Assembly (NCBI GenBank): GCA_031262495.1
Contig: JAISHV010000040.1
Span: 17,561-81,560 of the forward strand
Reading direction: 5' to 3'
From: Ruminococcus sp.
GTDB taxonomy: Bacteria; Bacillota; Clostridia; Oscillospirales; Ruminococcaceae
DNA: 64,000 bases
The notes beneath the pieces are model-generated. The model made no database searches. It was not told the DNA's origin and saw only the letters and a list, made by a program, of their open reading frames with translations. A program made the translations under genes and the position numbers. Shown piece by piece: positions 20,002 to 28,796 of this stretch; the first letter of the stretch is position 1, and every line of letters starts with the position of its first letter.

Positions 20002-20736
20002 GTGGAACAAAAACTGCGTATCGCTGTCTGTGAAGACCAAAAAAAGGATCGCGATTTACTGCTGTTGTGCATACGCGAAAGCGGCGTTTCGGCAAAATGT
20101 GACACTTTTTCGTCCGGTGAGGCGTTTTTGGAGCGGTTTCGCAAGGGTATGTATCATCTCATTTATCTTGATATTTATATGAGTAAAATTAACGGACTTG
20201 AAACCGCCGCATACATAAGAGAACAGGACGAAAGCGTTATGCTTGCCTTTACTACTACGTCCCGAGACCATGCCTTTGAGGCGAGTAAATACCGTTCGCT
20301 CCTGTATATCGAAAAGCCCGTTTCCCCGGAGGATGTTTTACATACGCTAAGCCTTGCCGAGGCTTTAATGGATAAACGCGAAAAAGAAGTTCTGACTATC
20401 TTTTCCGAATCGGTTTTGGTTGATATTCCCTTTGATGAAATTTATTATATTGAAGTTTCGGGTCAGCGTTGTGTAATACACACAGGCGGCGGCAATACGA
20501 TTACCGCCTCTACGACGATAAATATTAACGATTTGGAAGCGATGCTCCCGCATACCCGCTTTTGCCGTACACACCGCTCATTTATTGTTAATTTTGAAAA
20601 AGTAAGGCGCACAAACGGCAAGGATTTTGAAATGAAAGACGGCAGTATAGCTTATATAACTCAGCGCGACCGCCGCCGTATTTTTAATCTCTATGACGAA
20701 TGGCTTTTCGGCAGTGTTATGGAGGAAAACATATGA
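20002..20736 (+). CDS. LytTR/AlgR-family response regulator
   Basis: The receiver is intact (CEDQ acidic pocket, IYLDIYM phospho-Asp context, TTTS, EKP). The C-terminal LytTR domain has CRTHRSFIVN. GTG start with an AAAGGTGGA SD. Confidence 0.9.
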   Translation: MEQKLRIAVCEDQKKDRDLLLLCIRESGVSAKCDTFSSGEAFLERFRKGMYHLIYLDIYMSKINGLETAAYIREQDESVMLAFTTTSRDHAFEASKYRSLLYIEKPVSPEDVLHTLSLAEALMDKREKEVLTIFSESVLVDIPFDEIYYIEVSGQRCVIHTGGGNTITASTTININDLEAMLPHTRFCRTHRSFIVNFEKVRRTNGKDFEMKDGSIAYITQRDRRRIFNLYDEWLFGSVMEENI

Positions 20737-21650
20737 CAGCTTTAAATATCGCAATTGTACTGACAGGATTCATTTCAATCACGATTTTGATATATTTTTT
20801 ACGGCAGGATAAAGCGCGGATTTCACGTAAGAAACTTATTATTACGGCAATAGTAACCGGAATAATTTTCGCCGCCCTCTATCCGCTTTGGGAAATGAAA
20901 TTCGGTAATGCCATTCAATCGGTTGACCTCTATGTTTTAGCCGAATTCCTCATAATTTCACCGCCGGCGTTTTTTATCTATCCGAAAAAGCCGAATAAGA
21001 ACCTCTTTTTTATCAGTACAACCACGCCGCTCTTAGTTGCAGGGCATGGTTTGGGCAATTTATCGGAGATTATGTTTAAGGGCGGGGCATTTACGGGCAG
21101 ACTCCTTAATTTGCTTGTGATGAATATTTGTATGGCGGTGATTGTCGGCGGAATTTTTTGGCTTACGCGAAAGAAATTCCCCGGACTTTACGAGTCTGAA
21201 AATCCAAAATTATGGCGAAGATTGTTTATAATTACGCTGATGATGGGTTTGTCTCAATTAGCCGCCGGCAATGTCTTTTCCGCTGATTCGTTTACGCCGC
21301 TCGGGATTATTCCGTCACGGCTCATTTGTCTTGTGGGAATGGGGGCAATTCTCTTTATAGCAGGGCTTGCGAAACGTCAGGCGGAAGAATCCTCCGAAGT
21401 TACCGCCCGCGCCGAAGCCGCCGAACAGGCTGTTAAGGCAAAAGCCGAGTCCTACGCCGCTATTGTAAAACAAATGGAAGAAAGCAACCGTTTCCGTCAC
21501 GACAGGCGGCAGATTTTAGCGGCTATAGACGGTCTGAATGTACCCGGGAAAGAAAAAGAACTCGAGAGTTATTGCAGGGAGTTCTTGTCACAGCTAAACC
21601 TCAGTGAAGATAGCACTGATGAATTTTCAGAATCAAAAATAACTGTATGA
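20733..21650 (+). CDS. polytopic membrane protein with AgrC/HPK10-like H-box but no ATPase domain (truncated sensor kinase or kinase-less partner)
   Basis: About six TM helices are followed by a coiled-coil (AEAAEQAVKAKAESYAAIVKQMEE) and RFRHDRRQILAAIDGL. The protein ends about 40 aa later without N/G boxes. ATG 20733 has a GGAGGA SD and overlaps the regulator stop by 4 nt. Confidence 0.6.
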   Translation: MTALNIAIVLTGFISITILIYFLRQDKARISRKKLIITAIVTGIIFAALYPLWEMKFGNAIQSVDLYVLAEFLIISPPAFFIYPKKPNKNLFFISTTTPLLVAGHGLGNLSEIMFKGGAFTGRLLNLLVMNICMAVIVGGIFWLTRKKFPGLYESENPKLWRRLFIITLMMGLSQLAAGNVFSADSFTPLGIIPSRLICLVGMGAILFIAGLAKRQAEESSEVTARAEAAEQAVKAKAESYAAIVKQMEESNRFRHDRRQILAAIDGLNVPGKEKELESYCREFLSQLNLSEDSTDEFSESKITV

Positions 21651-21676
21651 TTATTTTACAAAATTTTAAAAATCCC

Positions 21677-21705
21677 TTGACAAAACAATAAAAAGGTGTT
21701 AAAAT
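21677..21705 (+). promoter_or_regulatory. sigma-A-type promoter upstream of giant gene 2
   Basis: TTGACA, 17 nt, TAAAAT preceded by TGt. Confidence 0.5.
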
Positions 21706-21722
21706 GTAAATATTACATCAAA

Positions 21723-21755
21723 GCCTCATTGACAAAATTCGTTAATGAGGTTTTT
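21723..21755 (+). terminator. intrinsic-terminator-like hairpin inside the leader of giant gene 2
   Basis: GCCTCATTGAC aaaattc GTTAATGAGG followed by TTTTT. It lies only about 15-20 nt downstream of the predicted start site. Confidence 0.5.
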
Positions 21756-21894
21756 GATTAAATACATTTTGCACTAAAAGACATTAAATAGAAATCATTT
21801 GAAAATCAGTATATATGAAGTGTAAGAACATTCACTTTACACTGATTTTCGGCGAAATAAGTTATATTAACATTTTTTAAAATAGGAGTTTTAT

Positions 21895-24800
21895 ATGCTA
21901 AGAGAGAACCGGAAAAGTATTCTGAAAATCACAGCCTCGGTGTTCGCGGCGATAGTTTTCAGCCTGTCGTTTATATTTGTTGTCAATGCGAGTGTAGAAT
22001 TGAACGAAGAAAGAGCACCGGAAGATTTTGATTTTATTGTTGGTGAAAGTTCGCCTGTATTTTACAATCTTAACACAATTAGAGGTTGGTTTGATTTGGA
22101 ACCTATAACGCCCGGATCGGGTGATTGGGCAGACGTTACAATAAATGACGATAGAATAAGAGTGAGTATTGATAAAATACCGTCGGGAGAATATTCAACC
22201 TCGAGCCACTTTAAATTTAATCCGAATAGTAACGATGCAGGTAAAACATTCGAGGTAACATTCAGCGTACAAGGTGATGATGGTGAATATGCCGACCGTA
22301 CTCCTATTGATGGTTCGAGAGCCTCTCACACTATCAATATCACTGTCATAAACCCGCCGAACCCCCAACCGAATATCACAATTAACTATACAGATGAAAC
22401 TGTTTCGGGCTTTACGGTCGGCGAGACTTACAGCATTAACAGCGTTACCCTTGAAGCTGTTCAAACTACATATCAGATTGACCCTGAATGGTTCGGTACT
22501 TCTCTTACTATTGTACATAAAGGCGATAGTAACAATTCAGACAGCGAAGAACAAACCCTCGTAATCCCCCCGCGCCCCGCCGCGCCCGAATTAGGTAAAA
22601 CAGATGAGACATACATAGGCGCGAATGACTGCACAATCACTGGCTTAGTGCCGGGAACAGAATATAAGTACAGCAGTAACGGCGAGAATTGGGTCAATAT
22701 TTCATCTACTACCGGTTCATTCACCGTTTGGTACCCGGGAACATATTATGTCCGCTTAAAGGCGACATCTTCGGCTTTCGCAAGCGCTAACGCAACTGTC
22801 ACAATCAACGCAAGTACTGCATATCAATACGGGCTTGTGTTTAACCACGAAAGTGACGGGCTTTATTATAATAATGACGTTCTTCTCGAAAACGATGACC
22901 CAAAACTCGGCGGCGGGTCATATGAATGGGATGTTGACACAAAAACACTTACACTCACAGACGTAGATTTCACAACAGCGGAAGATATTGCTCTTTTTTA
23001 TACAAATGCGGGGAATGACCTTACAATAATAGTCGAAGGCAACAATACTTTAACCGGTATAACAGATGGTTTAAAGGTAAATGCTCCTTTAACGATAGAG
23101 GGCGGCGGAACACTTACTTCTGCTTCTGGAAGCCGCGGAATCAATGCACCCGCCGGCTTAACGATTGACGGGGCAGATGTTACGGCAAACGGCGGAATAA
23201 ACGGTGTATATGCAATTGCCGGCGATTTAATCATTAACAGCGGCAGTCTTACGGCTTCGGGTGATACACAAGCTATAGACGTAAGCGGAGAGTTTGAAAT
23301 CAACCTTCCCGCATACACATGGACAGCTGACACCGAAAGCGGCACATACCCCGGGACAGCATTAACATATACTGACCAAAAGGAAATATCCATTATACCC
23401 GCTCCGCCCGTAACCGGCGTAAGCACGACTGCGTTAACGTTCAACAAAGCCGACCCGGAATATATAGCTATTGCGGTTTCACTCGCACCCGGTACACTTA
23501 TTACTAAGGTTACATTAGATGATGCTCCGGTCGGTATGTCTATTTTAGATAATTTTATTAATATCCCCTCATCTGTATTTGGCGCACTCGACAACGGGGA
23601 ACATACAATTACGATTGTAACCTCCGACGGTGTTAACCCGACTGTAACGCTTACTGTAGCATATATTTATGAAGATTTACTTTTACTTAAATCCGACGGG
23701 CTGTATTATGATGATGATAAACTTGAATCAGACAGTGATATTTTAGGCGGTGGGTCGTATACATATGCTGATGATACACTTACACTCAATAACGTGAATT
23801 TCACGACTGAAAATGCGAAAGCATTTGAAATCGACAATGGCATAGATGGCGATGCGATTACTCTGAATTTGGTCGGAACAAACTCGATAACCTCGGTTTA
23901 TGACAGTACATCAACTACACACGGCATAGATGCTTCTTATACAGATTTAACTATTACAGGCGACGGTTCACTTTCAGCAACCGGCGGAAATACAACAAAC
24001 ATCAGCTATGGTATTGAAGCCAAATCATTAACTATAGACAGCGGTACAGTTACCGCGTCGGCTAAGACTACTGATACCACACACAGCAGTATTGCAGTAG
24101 ATACATTCAGCGGTGATATCACAGTAAACGGTGGTTCGCTTACTGCAATCGGCGGCAAGGCATCTAATCAGAGTGTAGGTATTTATTCCAGCAGCGGTGA
24201 TATGACATTTTCCGGCGGTACAATAATCGCGACCGGCGGCAGCGGAAACTACAGTTATGGTATAGCCTCAAATGACGGTAATAAAACGTTTTCAGGCGCA
24301 ACAGTTACTGCGACCGGCGGTAATGCAAAATTCGACAGTTACGGTATAGATGCAAATGATGAAGTAATCTTTGAAGGCGGCATTTTAGAAGCATCGGGAG
24401 ATGACAGAGCTATAAATGTATTTTCAACTTCTGATTTTTACAACAACTCCGAATACTATCAATACAAGACGACTAAAGGAGCTTCGGCTTATACTAAATC
24501 CGATGTTACGCCGTTGTCGTTTGCAAGGCAAACATATCTTCTGATAGAAGCCCTTGAAGCACCTGAACAGGCTGATATCCCGGATATTGTCTCGACTTCA
24601 CATATTGGTACGGCGGCAAACAGTCCGACAGGTACGCTTACATATTACGACTCGGGAGAATTTGTTATAACCGGTGCCGGGACACGCATCGGCAAAGACG
24701 CCGGTGTTCATGATTCATTCTTCGGCGCGGCAATTAAGGCAAGGGGCACTGTAACCTTTACAGCGAAGCTTTCGGGATATAATCCTACCTCAACCGGCAT

Positions 24801-27396
24801 GACAGGCGTTTTTCTCCGCGAAGGTATAGATACCGATTCCACAATGGCAAACTATGTAGGAATATATGTGGATTATGCGGCTAATCGAATCCGTTATGCA
24901 AGGCGCTATTTAAAGCCGGACAGTTCTTATGATGCCGGTTCAGCAGCACTTGATAACTCTAATTTCCCATTTCCTGCAACAACCGAATTTTATGTGAAGC
25001 TTGTAAAAACAGGTCAAAATATTGAATGGTATATCTCAAATAATGCGGCATTTCAGCATGACAACGTAACAAACTTTATGAAAAAGCAGTCATTAAGTTC
25101 AACTGCTTTAGGCGATGACCTATACGCCGGCTTCTTCGCGACAGGCGGCAATACTTTAACCATTTCCGATATAAGCATAGTTTCCGAATTTACCGAAACA
25201 GGCACGGCGACACTCGAATCTTCTGACGGAACAATCGAAGCTGTACCTTATACAGTTGATCTTGAAGATTGGTTCGGTCCGGCAAATGTAACACTTGATG
25301 ACGAAGTTGACGGCGTAAGCATAGAAGACGGCGTTTTAACCTTTACCCCGACATCAGATCAGGACGAAACCGACGTGGAAATAAACTTAACCGCGGCTGA
25401 CACTGCACTTGGATATACGAGTACTGCTTCGATAACCGTTTCAGTCAGTCAGCCGGTAAGAAAAGCATGGGCAGAAGTAGCCGCTCCTGTCCTCGGCGCA
25501 CCGACACAAGAGTACGAAGAAGTTACAGTGCCGTTTACAATGGTTATAGGGCACGACGGCGCGGATTCAATGACCGTAACGGTATTTGATGACAAGGACC
25601 AAGAGGTAGATTCCGTAACCGTTACAAGTACGACTGCCGTTGATGTAACTTTTGAATTAGAAAATTCAGGTACATATACATTTGAAGCCGAAGCAAACAG
25701 AACAGGCGGAACTTCAAAAAAATCAGCGAAGGTTCAATTTGCGTTTAAACTTCCGCTTTCAACCCCGGATATCACTGCTGCACGGTCTTTGGGCGGCGGA
25801 ACAATACAGATTGCATGGGAAAGCGTGCATGAAGCTGACAGCTATGATGTTTATCATAGAGTGAAAGGCGCAGATGAGGGCACGTTTATTAAAATTTCGG
25901 CTGAGAATATCAGCGGCACTACTGCGACTATCACCGGTTTCAGTATGGGAACGGAATACAATTTTAAAGTAGTGGCAAAACGCGGATTAGATGAATCGCT
26001 TCCCGATTTTATTAATAAACTCTGTCATGCACTGCCTACAGCAGCGATTGAAAACGCTGAAATCACCGGCAAAGCCGGAGAGGAACTCGAAGAGCAGACT
26101 GCCGTTATAACGCTCACAAATGACACGTTAAAACAGGTATTATCATCTGTCAATGCAACAACATGGTTTGATGAAATCCCTGACGGTATCACGGTTACGG
26201 CGAGCGGTTCAGCGGACGGAACGACTATTACACTGACTTTCGGCGGTACACCCGAAGCAATGTCAACCGCCGAATTTGAAATCACAATTCCGGCAACTGT
26301 TCTCACAAACGATGTAGAGTTGATAGTTACAGCAAACTCGGAAGCCTTGTTTGACATTGACGAGGCTGATAACAACGACACTGACGACAACAACGATAAT
26401 AATAATAACAATAACAATAACAACAACAACAACAATAACAATAACAACAACAACAATAACAACGGTAATACAGACATTGCCCCGCCCCCGAAAAACGAAT
26501 TTGACGTAACGGAAGAACCCGAACCCGATGACGACAAAGACGATTCTAAACAAGAAACCGGCTTTAATGTTATAGTCAACGGTGAAATGACAGACACAAG
26601 TGTTGCAATGCCCACCGACCCGGACGACAAAACCGCCGATGTAAAAATTGACGGCAAAACGATTGAAACCTACAGCCTCACCGCCGCCGAAGCTATAGCA
26701 GACAATGAGGTAACAGATGCTTTCATTAGTAAATCAGGTGCAATCGCGGCTGTAACAAAAGGCGGAACAGTAATTGCAGGTGCAAATAAATCCTCATCCA
26801 TGAATTCCGAAACAACACTGAAAGCCCTCGAAAGCGTGGCAGCCGGGATTGAACAAACCCCCGACAGTGAAGTATTGCCCGTTATTCAAATAGCACTCGG
26901 ACAAGAAGTTACAGGCGTGAGCAGTAAGACAATCGAAAAAATAGTTAATATTTCCGACGATTACGGCGTTTCAACAGTGCTTCAAAAAATCCAGTACAGC
27001 GTAGACGAAAACGGACAATTAGACGAGCTGATTTACCGCATTACAGTACCTGTTGAAAATGAAAACATTCGTGATATCCGCCTCGGCGCAGAGTTCAGCA
27101 CGAAGGTTGTTGAAGCTTCAAAAACCGCCTTTGAAAAAACATTCGGGAACACCGATTGTGCGGGATTCGCTTTAACACAAAAAGATACATTCGGCGTTGA
27201 AGCGACAATTCAGATTAAGCTCTCGGCAATCGGCTTTGAAGCAGAACCGGGCGACACAATTTATGTTGCAATCTTCAACCCCAAGACAGGCGATTTTGTA
27301 CAAGTTGAGGGCAAAGTCGGGCAAGACGGATTTGCATCCTTTAAGACAGAAATGTCAGGCATAGTAATAATCTCCGCAACTTCATTTCTAAAATAA
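21895..27396 (+). CDS. giant secreted/surface protein (1833 aa) with beta-helix-like repeats, FN3 module, poly-Asn linker
   Basis: Signal peptide [24 protein letters not shown]. It has about 22-aa Gly-rich repeats ([16 protein letters not shown]..., [16 protein letters not shown]..., [14 protein letters not shown]...). It also has an FN3-like module ([24 protein letters not shown]), a 24-residue Asn run and the shared C-terminal module. GGAG SD 8 nt upstream. Confidence 0.8.
   Translation: [1833 protein letters not shown]
26368..26466 (+). repeat. coding poly-Asn/Asp low-complexity tract
   Basis: An aac/aat run encodes [34 protein letters not shown]. Confidence 0.9.
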
Positions 27397-27402
27397 TTTA
27401 CT

Positions 27403-27438
27403 GCGCGGCTTCTCTTAAAAGGGAAGCCGCGCTTTTTT
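27403..27438 (+). terminator. intrinsic terminator of giant gene 2
   Basis: GCGCGGCTTC tcttaaaaggg GAAGCCGCGC TTTTTT. Confidence 0.8.
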
Positions 27439-27460
27439 AGCAGTTTTATCGACAAAATAC

Positions 27461-27489
27461 TTGACAAATCAGATTTTTTATATTATAAT
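27461..27489 (+). promoter_or_regulatory. sigma-A promoter of the riboswitch/ABC operon
   Basis: TTGACA, 17 nt, TATAAT. Confidence 0.6.
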
Positions 27490-27496
27490 TAAGATA

Positions 27497-27625
27497 TAAC
27501 ACATTACGTTAACGAGAACGGGGTGAAAATCCTCGGCTGTACCGCAACCGTCATAGCCGGATCGCGTTATCGCAATGATGCCGCAAATCGTCCTCGGATT
27601 AAGGACGGCGGCCGCAAATGAACTT
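27497..27625 (+). promoter_or_regulatory. candidate cobalamin (B12) riboswitch aptamer, compact form
   Basis: GGTGAAAATCC ... GCTGTACCGCAACCGT ... AGCCGGA ... TGCC matches the conserved core and a B12-box-like segment of cobalamin riboswitches. It lies upstream of a BtuF/FecB-type ABC importer. The gap between the CCGCAAC core and the B12 box is unusually short. Confidence 0.55.
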
Positions 27626-27629
27626 TTTT

Positions 27630-27660
27630 AAACGAAACAGAGACTGTTTTCGTTTTATTT
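27630..27660 (+). terminator. leader terminator 1 (likely riboswitch expression platform)
   Basis: AAACGAAACAG aga CTGTTTTCGTTT followed by TATTT. Confidence 0.55.
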
Positions 27661-27683
27661 AAGTTTCATTTTCAGCGGTGCAG

Positions 27684-27720
27684 TCGTATTATTCCGATGG
27701 ATAATACGATTTATTTTTTT
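27684..27720 (+). terminator. leader terminator 2
   Basis: TCGTATTAT tccgatgg ATAATACGA followed by TTTATTTTTTT. Confidence 0.55.
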
Positions 27721-27797
27721 CGTAACGGCTAAGTTGTCGGCACTAAAGCTTTTCAGACAAAAATCTAAAAAAATCCAAATTACCCCGGAGGAAACCC

Positions 27798-28796
27798 ATG
27801 AAAAAAATTCTCACTCTTCTTCTTACCACTGTACTTTTGGGATTGACCGCTTGCACACCGACAATCGAAAACGCAGTGACATCAACGCAAAATCAAGAAA
27901 TTTCGCAAACTGAAAATACATCTCAATTACCGGAAATCCCTGTAACAAAACCTACATCCGACAGAGCCGGAAACACCATTTCAGTACCTGTTGAAATTGA
28001 AAAAATCCTTACTTTAGCCCCATCTATAACTCAAATAGCACAATCTATGGGGTTTTCAGAAATGATACTCGGGATTGACGATTATTCGGAGGGGTATCTG
28101 CTTGAACCGATTGATAATCCGAAAATTTTTGATATGCAAAACCCCGACAATGAAACCATAATGACCCTTGAGCCGGATATCATTTTTGTTACGGGAATGA
28201 GTATGGTTGAGGGCGTGAATCCATTTCAGCCCATAATTGACGCAGGTATTTGCGTGGCTGAAATCCCATCTTCAAACAGTTTAGAGTCCATAAAAGAGGA
28301 TATAAAATTCATCGCCGACTGTATGGGAACGCCCGAAAAAGCTGAAATTATCATTGATAAAATGGATTCCGATATCGCCGAAATAAAAGCGATAGGGGAT
28401 ACCATCACCGAAAAAAAGACGATAATGTTTGAAGTATCGGCGATGCCCTATATCTACAGTTTCGGTTCGGGCACTTTTCTTGATGAAATGATAACGCTTA
28501 TCGGAGCTGAAAATGTGTTTCATAATGAAATTTCGTGGATTCCCGTTTCAGAAGAATCTGCACTCGCCGCAAACCCCGATGTAATTTTAACAAGCATTTA
28601 CTATTTAGACGACCCGGAGGGTGAAATCCTCTCACGTGCCGGCTGGGAGGCAGTTACGGCAGTCAAAAATAAAGCCGTACACCGATTTGACAGCGATCAA
28701 ACGGATATCCCAAATCAGTTTATTACAGAAGCTTTATATGAAATGGCGAAATTTGTTTATCCGGAACAGTACGCAGAAGTTGAATACAGCGAATGA
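27798..28796 (+). CDS. ABC transporter substrate-binding lipoprotein (BtuF/FecB-type, cluster A-2)
   Basis: Lipobox signal peptide MKKILTLLLTTVLLGLTAC. Periplasmic-binding-protein-2-like body (LAPSITQIA..., PDIIFV..., NPDVILTS). Operon context with FecCD permease and ATPase genes. Confidence 0.85.
   Translation: MKKILTLLLTTVLLGLTACTPTIENAVTSTQNQEISQTENTSQLPEIPVTKPTSDRAGNTISVPVEIEKILTLAPSITQIAQSMGFSEMILGIDDYSEGYLLEPIDNPKIFDMQNPDNETIMTLEPDIIFVTGMSMVEGVNPFQPIIDAGICVAEIPSSNSLESIKEDIKFIADCMGTPEKAEIIIDKMDSDIAEIKAIGDTITEKKTIMFEVSAMPYIYSFGSGTFLDEMITLIGAENVFHNEISWIPVSEESALAANPDVILTSIYYLDDPEGEILSRAGWEAVTAVKNKAVHRFDSDQTDIPNQFITEALYEMAKFVYPEQYAEVEYSE

Noticed and set aside
19836-20144. 102-aa minus-strand ORF spanning the divergent promoter region
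   Set aside because: It overlaps the promoter and the 5' end of the LytTR regulator gene and has low-complexity composition. It is most likely non-coding.
21815-21880. 21-codon ORF (MKCKNIHFTLIFGEISYINIF) next to the LytTR system, considered as a possible signalling peptide
   Set aside because: It has no Shine-Dalgarno sequence and lies within the long leader hairpin of giant gene 2. It has no leader/cleavage motif typical of Agr- or bacteriocin-type peptides. It cannot be supported from sequence alone.
19742-21894. c-di-GMP riboswitch (GEMM-I/II) upstream of either giant surface-protein gene
   Set aside because: Neither leader contains the conserved GEMM core segments I know. The hairpins present look like a simple terminator and a long stem.
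22998-23594. 198-aa antisense ORF inside giant gene 2. Similar antisense ORFs lie at 5331..5885, 9558..10109, 10807..11151, 35327..35749, 42225..42569 and 60223..60624.
   Set aside because: Each lies wholly inside a longer ORF on the other strand that has clear family motifs. None has an SD/start context or a recognisable motif.
26025-26657. 210-aa minus-strand ORF with a long poly-Leu run (and the overlapping 96-aa ORF at 26263..26553)
   Set aside because: These are antisense translations of the poly-Asn (aac/aat) tract of the 1833-aa gene, i.e. low-complexity artefacts.
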